Below, piece after piece: positions 1 through 9,849 of a DNA stretch of 64,000 nucleotides. The position numbers and the translations under genes are program-made. The notes under the pieces are model-generated. The model did no database searches. It was not told where the DNA came from and saw only the letters and a program-made list of their open reading frames with translations. Positions within the stretch are counted from its first letter, which is position 1, and every line of letters begins with the position of its first letter. Source of the DNA: an uncultured Pseudomonadota bacterium (GTDB lineage Bacteria > Oederibacteriota > Muellerivitia > Muellerivitales > Muellerivitaceae); assembly GCA_963770835.1 (NCBI GenBank), contig CAVYRH010000011.1, forward strand, positions 32,001 to 96,000. Reading direction: 5' to 3'.

Positions 1-298
1 AGTTTGCCAGTTGCGTTAGGAATCCCTGGTTTTTATCAATTTGATTCAATTGGCCGTTAAAACCGGGGTAGTTTGGCGCAAGTTTCGTGAGAAGCGGGGC
101 TTGCGGTCTTCGAGGGTGGCTTTTTTTGGGAAGCGGCCCACGCTCGGTTTATTCTTCGGTTGTCAGGACCCCTGGCAAGGGTTCAGGAGCAAGTTGGTTT
201 GGGAATGCACTCGACCCTGAGGAGTGCAACCCGAAAAGGCTAAAAAGGCCGGTTTTCCCCTGAGGTACCGGCCTAAAAAAGCTAAAGGAGAGAGAAGA

Positions 299-1900
299 AT
301 GAAGAAATTTTTTGCGCTGTTCGCAGTTTGCTTCATGGTTTTGGGTGCGAAGTGGGCCATGGCCGACTCGCGCACGGATTCCTTGGGGTTGACGCCTGGT
401 CAACAGGTGGACGACCTGGATTCCATTTGGTTGTATCCCCAGAATGCCGCTAATTTCGGCAACTTGGTGGACAACCGGTTGGGCACCTCGGCTAATTCAG
501 CGGTTCTGACCCCCACTAACGATTGGTTCGGGATCATTGCCCAGGAATGGCCGGACTTGGGTTATATCGGCGTTTACACCAACCGTCCTTTTGACCAATC
601 CAACGGGATTGTTCCGTCTTCGAACCCGGCGGATCAATTCGGCATTTTGGATGGCTCATTCGGGACTTGGGATGTCGCACTTAGCCCTTTCTCCACTTTT
701 ACCAATGCCATTGCTGATAATGGCGGCCATATTACCGCGACCTATGTTCCCCATGCCTTGGCTTTAGTTATCGCGAATCCGGAAAACAAACTGGATGCCT
801 TCTGGGCCAAGAGCTTCAGCGATGCAACCCTCGGCGTGCATGTGAACTATGCCAGCCAGAACGGCGGGAACATTTCCAACAGCGAAACTTACGTGGCAAA
901 TCCTCCAGCGGCTGGTTCTTACCTCACGACCACGAACAATGCCTATACCGGTGTTCTGGGCATCGACCTGGGCCTCGGGGTGAAAAACTTCATCCTCTGG
1001 GACAACTTGGATTTAGGCGTAGGTTATTCCATGGGTTCGGTGAACTACAGCTCGGTGTATAACCAAGAGAACACCGCCCAAAACGCAACCGTCGCCACGA
1101 CTGACTATACGGAAAAGGACCACGGGGTTGATGAGATCCGGGTGAATGGCTTGGGAGTGTCGAAGATTTCGGACACCACCAGCGGCCGCACTTACCTCAA
1201 CATCCGTATAGATAACTTGGGCGTCAATTCTACCACGAATACAACGACCCTCGGTGGGGTCAACAACAACGCGGGGGACCAAGTCGCCCAGACCAACGCT
1301 TATAGCGACACCAACATCAACCTGGGTTATGCCTTGGACCACAAGGTGTTGGATGGCAAGGCCTTGGTGATCGCCTCCTTGACCGGCATTTTTGATGACC
1401 GCAAATGGACCTATTCGAACCTCACTAACGCCGGGGGCAGCACCAGCGAAACCCAGCTCGGCGCAAACTCAGGTGAGAGCGAAGAGTTATCCGCCATTTT
1501 GATTCCCTTCAACGTGGCCATTGAAACGCCTTTGTTCGATTGGATGAAAGCTCGCATCGGCCTTTCCAAGAATATCTTCGTGTCCGCCACGGAAAAGATC
1601 GTCCAGCCGACGAATATCAACGGCGCTGGGACAGCTTTTCAGACCAACAATGTCGGGCAGGAAAGTGAGGATCCCGGCACGTTGTACCAAAATATCAACA
1701 CGTTTGCTGGAGTCGGGATGAGCTTCTCGAATTTCACCCTGGACTTCCAGATAAACCCGACCAACTTGCTGACGGCGCTCAATGGCTTGGCTCCCGGCGA
1801 TGGTCTTATTTACGGGCAAAGCACCTCCGGCCAGAACAATTCGGTTATCAACCAACTGTGGACGACGATCGCGCAATTTGATATGCGCTACGCTTTCTAA
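299..1900 (+). CDS. Exported Asn/Thr/Gly-rich protein, probable outer-membrane beta-barrel
   Basis: Signal peptide MKKFFALFAVCFMVLGAKWAMA after an AAGGAG RBS; amphipathic beta-strand pattern; C-terminal FDMRYAF typical of Bam substrates. Confidence 0.6.
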   Translation: MKKFFALFAVCFMVLGAKWAMADSRTDSLGLTPGQQVDDLDSIWLYPQNAANFGNLVDNRLGTSANSAVLTPTNDWFGIIAQEWPDLGYIGVYTNRPFDQSNGIVPSSNPADQFGILDGSFGTWDVALSPFSTFTNAIADNGGHITATYVPHALALVIANPENKLDAFWAKSFSDATLGVHVNYASQNGGNISNSETYVANPPAAGSYLTTTNNAYTGVLGIDLGLGVKNFILWDNLDLGVGYSMGSVNYSSVYNQENTAQNATVATTDYTEKDHGVDEIRVNGLGVSKISDTTSGRTYLNIRIDNLGVNSTTNTTTLGGVNNNAGDQVAQTNAYSDTNINLGYALDHKVLDGKALVIASLTGIFDDRKWTYSNLTNAGGSTSETQLGANSGESEELSAILIPFNVAIETPLFDWMKARIGLSKNIFVSATEKIVQPTNINGAGTAFQTNNVGQESEDPGTLYQNINTFAGVGMSFSNFTLDFQINPTNLLTALNGLAPGDGLIYGQSTSGQNNSVINQLWTTIAQFDMRYAF

Positions 1901-1917
1901 GATTGTTGTGTAGAATG

Positions 1918-1952
1918 ACCCCGCCCCTGAATAAGGGGCGGGGTTTTTTTTT
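1918..1952 (+). terminator. Rho-independent terminator
   Basis: ACCCCGCCCCT-gaata-AGGGGCGGGGT followed by a T-run. Confidence 0.85.
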
Positions 1953-1971
1953 GCCCGCAAAGGAAATGAAA

Positions 1972-2778
1972 ATGAAGAAACCGCTTAAAATTCTAGCTTT
2001 CATGATGCTCGCTACCCTGTTGGGCGGGCCATTGGCTTATGCCGCGGATGAAACCCCAATGGCAGGTGATGACAGCCTGGAAGTTGAGAAGTTGAAATTA
2101 CAAATTGAAGAACTCAAACTGGAAAATCAAAGGTTGCAACTTCAAATAAAAACCATGCAATTGGGCACTACCGCCGGAAATCCTACGACTCTTCCCTCGA
2201 CCCCAACTGTTACCCCTACCCCCGTTGACAAGGGTGGAAAGAAAATTGCGAAGGACATGGCGGAAAAAGCCGAAGCCTTGGCGCAACAATATGCCTCCGA
2301 CGACCATAAGGTGGTTTTGGATTTTTCCAACGGGGTGATGTACTACAAGGGCGCCCATTACGACATCATGGATTTCAACGGTCTTTGTGAAGACCAAAAA
2401 TGGGGTGTGAAACCCAAGTTCGTCAAGTATGACATCGCAGGCGACAGCATGTACCGTTACCAGTACGACAACATGTCCTTGAACCGGTACGACGCCCAAA
2501 CACTCGGGGTTTTTACGTTTGAGGCGCCCCGAAATGACGGCGATTTCACCTTTGTCACGCCGGAAACCGTGACGGAAACTTCCCGGTTCTATGATTTCAG
2601 GAACGATTTTGAGACGGCTTATTTCAAATTCTCGGAAGAACGCAAACAAGACGGCTACCGGGTGATCCGGTTCAGGCACTATGTCGACTTCCTGGGATTC
2701 GACGATGTCCTTGAATTTTGGTTCGATACCAAGGACAATTTCGCGAAATTGAAATGGGGAACGTTGGACAAGAAGTAA
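1972..2778 (+). CDS. Exported hypothetical protein with coiled coil and Pro/Thr linker
   Basis: Signal peptide ending AYA; heptad LEVEKLKLQIEELKLEN; PTVTPTP linker; start could also be 1966. Confidence 0.6.
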   Translation: MKKPLKILAFMMLATLLGGPLAYAADETPMAGDDSLEVEKLKLQIEELKLENQRLQLQIKTMQLGTTAGNPTTLPSTPTVTPTPVDKGGKKIAKDMAEKAEALAQQYASDDHKVVLDFSNGVMYYKGAHYDIMDFNGLCEDQKWGVKPKFVKYDIAGDSMYRYQYDNMSLNRYDAQTLGVFTFEAPRNDGDFTFVTPETVTETSRFYDFRNDFETAYFKFSEERKQDGYRVIRFRHYVDFLGFDDVLEFWFDTKDNFAKLKWGTLDKK

Positions 2779-2814
2779 CATCATCAAGCCGTAACAATAA
2801 TTAAGGAGAAGACC

Positions 2815-3150
2815 ATGGATTCTGTTTACGCTCAAACAACCACACAAACGGCCCCGGCCAAGCCGGTCCCGGGGGCGGGTTCGCCTGCCGCAGGGATCAT
2901 TTCGTTCGCGCCGTTCATCGCCATCATGATTTTGTTTTATTTCCTGATGATTTACCCCCAAAGTAAAGAGAAGAAGAAAAAGGAAGAGATGCTGGGTGGT
3001 ATCCAGCGGGGCGATCGGGTTTTAACCCGGGGAGGCATCTACGGCACGGTGGCCGACATCAAGGAACAAATCTTGATCCTGAAAATCAGCGAAAACAGCA
3101 AGGTGGAAGTGGACCGCGCCTTTGTCGAAACAGTTCAAAAACAATCTTAA
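2815..3150 (+). CDS. yajC: Preprotein translocase subunit YajC
   Basis: TM helix then FYFLMIYPQSK...GDRVLTRGGIYGTV motif. Confidence 0.93.
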   Translation: MDSVYAQTTTQTAPAKPVPGAGSPAAGIISFAPFIAIMILFYFLMIYPQSKEKKKKEEMLGGIQRGDRVLTRGGIYGTVADIKEQILILKISENSKVEVDRAFVETVQKQS

Positions 3151-3562
3151 AAAAGTTGAAAAATCCGTAAAAGGATCGCTAACCCCTTTTGTTCTTTTGG
3201 CTAACGGCTGCGTATTTGACCGCCCGGGCCTTAAGACGGAGAGCAGGGAAACCAGGGGTTTTCGTCCGGGGAAATCCGAACTTACCGAATTCGTAGTATT
3301 CCCGTTAAACTCAACTTGTTGAAAATCATATGCAGATTTGACAAAAAGCTCTCGAATTCTTCCGTGGAAAAGCGGTTTCTGATTTAGGTCTTTTTAAAAT
3401 AGTTTTGAAATTCAGGTTTTTGCTAAGACTAATATTTGTCAACGCTGTTTGGCCAATCCAATTATCAACCGGGAAAATAAAATGGGCGGGGGATATTTGA
3501 GATATAATTTCCCTAGCCCTCGTGATCCGGCCAAAACCAACCTATGAGGCGATCGGAATTCA

Positions 3563-4105
3563 ATGAATGAAATTATGACGGCCCAGGAATTATCGACTTA
3601 CCTGAAGATCACTACCACCACCATCTACAAATTGGCCCAACAGGGCGAGATTCCCTCCTTTAAAATTGGAAGTGAATGGCGCTTCAAGAAAGAGCTGGTC
3701 GACCGCTGGCTAGAAAACGGGGCGGGACACGCTCCCCGGAAAGTCCTCATCGTGGATGATGAACCGGCCATCTGCGAGCTTTACAAGCGCGCCCTGGACC
3801 GAAAAAAATTTGTTGTGGAATCCGTCAATTCCGGCCAAGAGGCTGTGCAAGCCGCCAGCCAAAGCAGTTACGACTTTATCTTCCTGGACTTGAAGATGCC
3901 GGGAATGAACGGCGTGGAGACCTTCAAGGAACTCAAAAAGATGGGGCTCCGGGCCCTGGTCGTCATCGTCACGGCCTATCCCGACAGCGAACTCTTGAGC
4001 GAAGCCATGAAACTGGGGCCATTGACGGTCATTTTGAAGCCTTTTGACCTCAACGAAATCCAGCGGGCGGTGGAATCGCTCGTTTTAATGACAACCCGGG
4101 CCTAA
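3563..4105 (+). CDS. Excisionase-like HTH plus receiver-domain response regulator
   Basis: MTAQELSTYLKI...IPSFKIGSEWRF (HTH_17-like); LIVDDE, FLDLKMP and KPF receiver motifs. Confidence 0.85.
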   Translation: MNEIMTAQELSTYLKITTTTIYKLAQQGEIPSFKIGSEWRFKKELVDRWLENGAGHAPRKVLIVDDEPAICELYKRALDRKKFVVESVNSGQEAVQAASQSSYDFIFLDLKMPGMNGVETFKELKKMGLRALVVIVTAYPDSELLSEAMKLGPLTVILKPFDLNEIQRAVESLVLMTTRA

Positions 4106-4266
4106 AAACAGTCGGCAGCCGGCAGTTCTCAGTTGGCAGAAAACCAATGTCCTACGGCACCTAAAATTCAACTTCGAATCTTTCTTTCAACATTCCAAAA
4201 ATTCTAACTACCCATTTACAATATTCCTTTTTATTGGACAAAGTAAGAATCTGGAGCCATTGAACC

Positions 4267-5700
4267 ATGAAGGGCCTCACTGAAATCTTGGGAACGCCGT
4301 TGGACCTCCAAACCGGAGGCGTGTCCGGCAAGTCCCTGGATTTTGCCGGGCTTTGGGAACAATGGGTTGAAGAGGGCCCGGCTGTTCTCTTGGAAAGCGC
4401 GGGCGCCTTGGGCGATGCGAACCAGTGGCTGATTCTGGCGGGAGTGCCCGAGAGTGAGTTCTTTGAGAGCAGCGGGAAGGCCTTGTGGAAGGATTCCTCA
4501 GGCGTCCACCCGGCCTCTTTCGACTTTTGGGAGTTTGCGGATCGTATAGGCCACGCCCAGGCGAATTTTTCAAACCTCCCTTCCTGCCTTTCTTCGGCAT
4601 GGTTCGGCGTCCTGAGTTACGATTTCGGGAAGAAATTCAGCCGAAAAGAAAAACAAAATTTTCACCACCAAGACACCAAGAACAGCATTTTCTTGGGAAA
4701 TTCAAAAACTGAAAAACCTTTGGAAACCCCTGATTTTTATTTTTTCAAGCCCTCCCGCCTTGTGATGCTTAACCGACGGACCAAGGAAAGTTTTTTCTTT
4801 GGGCAGGGATCCTGCGAAGTTTCGAAAAATCCGGACTCATCCCGGGCTCCTTTCCAAGTCCGGAATCTTCAGGGCTTTTCCCAACTCGCCCAATACGAAT
4901 CCAGGGTCCGCCGCGCCCAGGAATACATCGCCCAGGGCGACATCTACCAGGCCAATCTAGCCCAAGTTTTCCAAGCCCAGTGGGAGGGAAGCGCCGGAAC
5001 CCTTTACCGGATCCTTCGCGAAATGAACCCGGGACCCTTCATGGGCCTTTTCCGGGGAGAGGATTTCACGGTGGTTTCTTCCTCGCCCGAACGCCTGATC
5101 GCGGGCCGGGGAAATTGGCTGGAAACCCGCCCCATCGCGGGAACGCGGCCGCGCGGCAAGGACGGGCCGGAGGACTTGCGAATGAAGGTTGAATTGAAAA
5201 CCAACGCGAAGGAACAAGCGGAGCATTTGATGCTGGTGGATTTGGCCCGGAACGACTTAGGCCGGGTTTCCCGTTATGGAACGGTTGAGGTCGAGAAATA
5301 CGCCGAGATCGAATCCTACGCCCGGGTCCATCATTTAGTATCCAACGTGTGCTCCCAAAAACGCCCTACCGCCGCCCTTTCGGAGGTGTTAAGGTCCCTT
5401 TTTCCCGGGGGCACCATCACGGGCTGCCCTAAAATACGATGCATGGAAATCATTGAGGAATTGGAGGGCCGATCCCGGGGATTTTACACCGGGAGCATGG
5501 GATATCTGGCGCCGGGGCCCTGTTTTGATTTCAACATCCTCATCCGCAGTTTCACCCTCTTTTCCAATGGAACACTGGAATTCCAAGCAGGCGCCGGTAT
5601 CGTGGCTGATTCCGACCCGAAACGGGAATACTTGGAGACCCTTTACAAGGTGGAAGCCCTGGCCCAGGCTTTGGGCACTTCCTTATTGCAAAACCCATGA
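4267..5700 (+). CDS. pabB: Aminodeoxychorismate synthase component I (chorismate-binding family)
   Basis: GDIYQANL, SSPERL, TRPIAGTRPRG, EHLMLVDLARNDLG, FPGGTITGCPK motifs; adjacent to pabC and folD. Confidence 0.8.
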   Translation: MKGLTEILGTPLDLQTGGVSGKSLDFAGLWEQWVEEGPAVLLESAGALGDANQWLILAGVPESEFFESSGKALWKDSSGVHPASFDFWEFADRIGHAQANFSNLPSCLSSAWFGVLSYDFGKKFSRKEKQNFHHQDTKNSIFLGNSKTEKPLETPDFYFFKPSRLVMLNRRTKESFFFGQGSCEVSKNPDSSRAPFQVRNLQGFSQLAQYESRVRRAQEYIAQGDIYQANLAQVFQAQWEGSAGTLYRILREMNPGPFMGLFRGEDFTVVSSSPERLIAGRGNWLETRPIAGTRPRGKDGPEDLRMKVELKTNAKEQAEHLMLVDLARNDLGRVSRYGTVEVEKYAEIESYARVHHLVSNVCSQKRPTAALSEVLRSLFPGGTITGCPKIRCMEIIEELEGRSRGFYTGSMGYLAPGPCFDFNILIRSFTLFSNGTLEFQAGAGIVADSDPKREYLETLYKVEALAQALGTSLLQNP

Positions 5701-6554
5701 GCAGTCACCTTTTCCTTGACGACCGGCTGATCCTGATCCGCCAGGCCAAGATTTCTCCCTTAAATACTGCGATTCTCTATGGGGAAGGACTTTTTGAGAC
5801 CCTGCCTGTTTACCATGGCAAACCGCTTTTCTTCCGGGAACACCTGGACCGCTTGGAAAAAGGCTGCCGGTTCTTAGGCTGGAGGGCTCCCCCACGGACA
5901 TTATTCGAAAAAGCCATCCGGCTTTACGCGGCCCAAAATACCAGCCACTTTGCCATCCGGTTCAGCTTGGTCCAAGAACTGGACCCACCCGCCAGCCCCC
6001 GGCAATTTTCACGGAAGTCCCCCCGATTCCTGGCAATGATCCGCCCCTTAAGGCACCAGCCGGAAGACTTTAACCCTCCCATGGGCCGGGCGGGGGTAAG
6101 CCCGTGGACGGTCCCCGGCCCTTCGGCTGTGCCCGGACAGTTCAAATGGATTTTCTATATGATGATCCGGCAGGATTTCAGGCGGCATCCTCAGTGGGAT
6201 GAAATGCTTCGATTGAATGAAAAAGGGTTTGTCGTAGACGGCGGAAGTGCCGCCCCCCTTTGGGCCCTGGATGGCGCGGTTTACGCTCCGCCCCTGAGCG
6301 AAGGTGGATTGGAAAGTGTGACAAGAGGAAAGGTCCTGGAACTTTGCCGGTTGCTCAAGATTCCAGTGGTGGAGAAAGCATGGCGGCCTTCAGACGTTCT
6401 CAAAAAGGGCGAATTATTTTTCACCGGATCAGGGGTGGGGGTCCTTGGGATATCCCACGTGATGGGGAAGAGTCTTCGACGGGCCAATCCCATCACCTTA
6501 CGCTTGTGGCAACATTACCGGGACTTCGTTTTTCAAAAAGCTTCTTTTGAGTAA
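5697..6554 (+). CDS. pabC: Class IV aminotransferase / aminodeoxychorismate lyase
   Basis: YGEGLFET, HLDRL, GLESVTR motifs; overlaps pabB. Confidence 0.7.
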   Translation: MSSHLFLDDRLILIRQAKISPLNTAILYGEGLFETLPVYHGKPLFFREHLDRLEKGCRFLGWRAPPRTLFEKAIRLYAAQNTSHFAIRFSLVQELDPPASPRQFSRKSPRFLAMIRPLRHQPEDFNPPMGRAGVSPWTVPGPSAVPGQFKWIFYMMIRQDFRRHPQWDEMLRLNEKGFVVDGGSAAPLWALDGAVYAPPLSEGGLESVTRGKVLELCRLLKIPVVEKAWRPSDVLKKGELFFTGSGVGVLGISHVMGKSLRRANPITLRLWQHYRDFVFQKASFE

Positions 6555-6759
6555 AGCACGAGACACAAAGACGCCAAGAAAAGCTTTTTTCCGCAACACC
6601 AAGTCAGAAAAACAGCTTTCAGACATACCCTGAAGTTTTTCGACTAATTTAAATTGTCCCAGTCGAATCCGGGGTTAGAATATCGACGATCCACCCGCTT
6701 TATCCTTTGTTCTGAATAAAAACAGGGCCCCAATCAACCGCTGGTTCCAAGGAGGCGTT

Positions 6760-7611
6760 ATGGCTTTAATATTGGATGGGAATGCCGTTTCCAAAGCTGT
6801 ACAGGAAAAAATAGCCGTGGAATTTGAAAAGATGAAACCAACCGGCCAAAGGCCGGGTTTGGCAGTGGTTCTTGTCGGGGATGATCCGGGGTCGGTAATT
6901 TACGTGGGCCGCAAGAAAAAGGCCTGTCAATCCCTCGGGTTTTATTCAGAAGAGTACAAACTGCCGAAGGAAACTTCCCAGGATGAATTGTTGAAACTCG
7001 TCCAATCCCTTAACCAAAACCCCAAGATCCACGGCATCCTCGTCCAGCTGCCCCTGCCCAGCCATTTGAACCCACAAAAAGTCATCGAGTCCATTGATCC
7101 CCGCAAGGACGTGGACGGCATGCATCCTTTCAGCTTGGGGAAGCTGGTGGCGGGGCTCCCGGGTTTGAGGTCCTGTACACCCGCCGGCGTCATGGCCATG
7201 CTGGATCACTATAAGATTCCCGTGGCGGGGAAGAGGGCGGTCGTTATCGGCCGAAGCATCATGGTGGGGAAACCCATGGCCCAGCTTTTGATCGAAGCCA
7301 ATGCCACCGTCACCGTTTGCCACAGCAAAACCCAGGATATCGGCGGGGTGGTGCGGGAAGCGGATTTGGTGGTGGCGGCCATGGGAAAACCCCGTTTCGT
7401 AAAGGGAAATATGGTTAAAGAAGGTGCGGTGGTGGTGGATGTGGGGATTAACCGCACCCCCGAAGGTAAACTGGTAGGCGACGTGGATTTCGATGCCGTG
7501 GCCCCTAAGGCTTCCGCCATTACACCGGTCCCGGGCGGAGTGGGGCCCATGACCATCGCGCTGCTTATGAAAAACACCTATCAGGCTTTTCTGGAACAAA
7601 CAGGGCTCTAA
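6760..7611 (+). CDS. folD: Methylenetetrahydrofolate dehydrogenase/cyclohydrolase
   Basis: GILVQLPLP, KDVDG, CTPAG, TPVPGGVGPMT. Confidence 0.97.
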   Translation: MALILDGNAVSKAVQEKIAVEFEKMKPTGQRPGLAVVLVGDDPGSVIYVGRKKKACQSLGFYSEEYKLPKETSQDELLKLVQSLNQNPKIHGILVQLPLPSHLNPQKVIESIDPRKDVDGMHPFSLGKLVAGLPGLRSCTPAGVMAMLDHYKIPVAGKRAVVIGRSIMVGKPMAQLLIEANATVTVCHSKTQDIGGVVREADLVVAAMGKPRFVKGNMVKEGAVVVDVGINRTPEGKLVGDVDFDAVAPKASAITPVPGGVGPMTIALLMKNTYQAFLEQTGL

Positions 7612-7728
7612 AATCGTTTATTAAGTATCGTTTTATGATATCTAAGTAAAGTCCAATGTTCTCCGTTTTCGGTAAAGGGACTTTTTTATTGGAAATCGTG
7701 GCTACTAATAACCCTCCATGGATTTGGC

Positions 7729-8334
7729 ATGAAACAACCCCTTAAAATTGGCCTCACCGGTGGTATCGGTGCAGGTAAAAGCCTCGTTCTGGAATTCCTT
7801 CAGGAAAAAGGGATTCCTGTCTTACAAACCGACCACCTGGGGCACCAACTCCTTGGCGAAAAGGAATTTTCCAAGTCCATTGTCCGGCATTTCGGAAAAA
7901 GAATTTTAGGAAGTGGCGGAATAATTGACCGGAAAAAATTAGGGCAAGTGGTTTTCAATCAGCCCACGAAACGTGAAAAATTAAACAGGTTGCTGCATCC
8001 GGAGATTTTACGACGGGTGGAGAAATGGGCCCGGCATCAGGCCCGAAAGGTTCCGCGCGCTCTCTTGCTCGTGGTGGAAGTACCGCTGCTCTTTGAAAGC
8101 GGTTCGGATCGGCTATTCGACGGGATACTTTCCGTATCCGCTCCCCTTGATTTAAGGCGAAAACGGCTTTTAAAAAGGGGTTTGGACCTTACGGAAATCA
8201 AACGAAGGGAGAAATCCCAATGGTCCCAAACACGGAAAAACCGGGCGGCCGATTGGGTTATTTTCAACCCAAGAGGTCGAAAAGAACTAAAATACGCCGT
8301 TAACCGCTGGTTGGACTCGATGAAAAAAGCTTGA
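7729..8334 (+). CDS. coaE: Dephospho-CoA kinase
   Basis: IGLTGGIGAGKS P-loop, IDRKKLG, EVPLLFE. Confidence 0.95.
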   Translation: MKQPLKIGLTGGIGAGKSLVLEFLQEKGIPVLQTDHLGHQLLGEKEFSKSIVRHFGKRILGSGGIIDRKKLGQVVFNQPTKREKLNRLLHPEILRRVEKWARHQARKVPRALLLVVEVPLLFESGSDRLFDGILSVSAPLDLRRKRLLKRGLDLTEIKRREKSQWSQTRKNRAADWVIFNPRGRKELKYAVNRWLDSMKKA

Positions 8335-8388
8335 TGATTCGGTGGGGAAACTGGTTTTGAACCGGAAAGGTTTTTAAGAAGCTCTACG

Positions 8389-9849
8389 ATGCCCCAAATT
8401 TCGAAATTTGAAAATCTCAGGCTCTCGCAAAGATGGGCCCTCGTGCTTGGCGCCACCCTTCTGGCGTCGGTGGTTTGTTACATGGCCGCCCAAAGGGGGG
8501 AGCTTTCGCTTTCCTTTCTTCTCCTTTTTTACATTCCCCTCACCCTGTCCGCCGTGCTTTTGGGTTTGAACGTTACCGCCGGCCTGGCGGTTGTCATCGT
8601 CCTGATATCTCTTTTGAACTTACTTTCATCTTCCGTCCCGGCATGGGCTTGGACGACTTTTTTCCTGGGGTTGGCCGCCAATTACACTGGCTTATACCGT
8701 TGGATTAGGGTGGGGGAATTACAGGAATTCCAGTTCCGCAAAGCCGGGGATGAATTGGACTTGGCCATGAATGACGCACGCATCGCCGATGAAAAAGTCA
8801 GGATGGCCCATCAATCCAACCAACTCAAGATTCAGCGGTACATCGCCCTCAACGAGCTGGCCCGCAGCCTGGCCATGACCCTCAAAACCCAAGAGGTGGT
8901 TGTCTTACTCATCGAGACCATTTCCAAGACCTTCATGGCTTCGGGCGGGGTATACACCCTTTTATTGTTCGACAACAGCATGAGAAAGTCCCTGCACGCG
9001 GTCCGTTATAGCGTCGACACGGAAATGGAGGTGCGGCTCAACCGGGAAAGGCTCAACTTGGATGAAATATTCAACGCCTGGGTCGTGTCCCAGGCCAAAC
9101 CCCTTTTCATCGGCGATACCACCAACGATTTTCGTTTCCAAAATTATTCCCCGGAAAACAAGATTCGCAGCCTAGTGTCGGCACCCTTCATGGCGGGTAA
9201 TGAAATGCTGGGGTTGATCCGTATGGAAAGCTGTTTCCCTTCCGCCTTTCGCCAAGAGGATGCCCGCCTCTTGTCCATTTTCTGCGACCTGGGCACGGTA
9301 GCCTTGGAACACGCGGCCCTCTACCGCCAAACCATCGAATTGGCCATTACGGACGGATTGACGGGGCTTTATGTCCAGCGGTACTACAAGGAACGGGTGC
9401 GGGACGAGGTATTCCGGGCGCTGGAACACAAACTGCCCTTGTGTCTCATGATGATTGACGTGGACAAATTCAAGACCTACAACGACAGATACGGTCACCT
9501 GATGGGAGACAGGGTCCTTAAAGGAGTGGCCCAGATCCTCAAGGAGACCGTCAGGACCGTAGATTTGGTGGCCCGCTACGGAGGGGAGGAATTTTCCGTT
9601 CTTCTTTTAAAAACGCCCTGGTCCGGCGCCAAGACGGTGGCCGAGCGCATCCGACAAAAGGTGGCAGCCCAGGAAATCGTTGCTTCCCATGAAACCACCC
9701 ATGTGACGGTTTCCATCGGGGTGGCGGAACTAAACCCCTCTTTCAAGGACGTCGAGTCTTTCGTGGATTCTGCGGACCAAGCCCTTTACCAAGCCAAGGC
9801 CGACGGCAGAAATTGCGTCCGTTTTGCCAAGGGCCGGATTGTCTCATGA
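8389..9849 (+). CDS. Membrane GAF-GGDEF diguanylate cyclase with RxxD I-site
   Basis: N-terminal TM helices, GAF domain, TDGLTGL, DVDKFK, RTVD...RYGGEEF. Confidence 0.9.
   Translation: MPQISKFENLRLSQRWALVLGATLLASVVCYMAAQRGELSLSFLLLFYIPLTLSAVLLGLNVTAGLAVVIVLISLLNLLSSSVPAWAWTTFFLGLAANYTGLYRWIRVGELQEFQFRKAGDELDLAMNDARIADEKVRMAHQSNQLKIQRYIALNELARSLAMTLKTQEVVVLLIETISKTFMASGGVYTLLLFDNSMRKSLHAVRYSVDTEMEVRLNRERLNLDEIFNAWVVSQAKPLFIGDTTNDFRFQNYSPENKIRSLVSAPFMAGNEMLGLIRMESCFPSAFRQEDARLLSIFCDLGTVALEHAALYRQTIELAITDGLTGLYVQRYYKERVRDEVFRALEHKLPLCLMMIDVDKFKTYNDRYGHLMGDRVLKGVAQILKETVRTVDLVARYGGEEFSVLLLKTPWSGAKTVAERIRQKVAAQEIVASHETTHVTVSIGVAELNPSFKDVESFVDSADQALYQAKADGRNCVRFAKGRIVS

Noticed and set aside
3563..4105. 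Excisionase-like HTH as a prophage marker
   Set aside because: It is fused to a receiver domain and no integrase or phage genes are nearby, so it is an ordinary regulator.
6555..6759. ZTP or THF riboswitch before folD
   Set aside because: No recognisable consensus elements.
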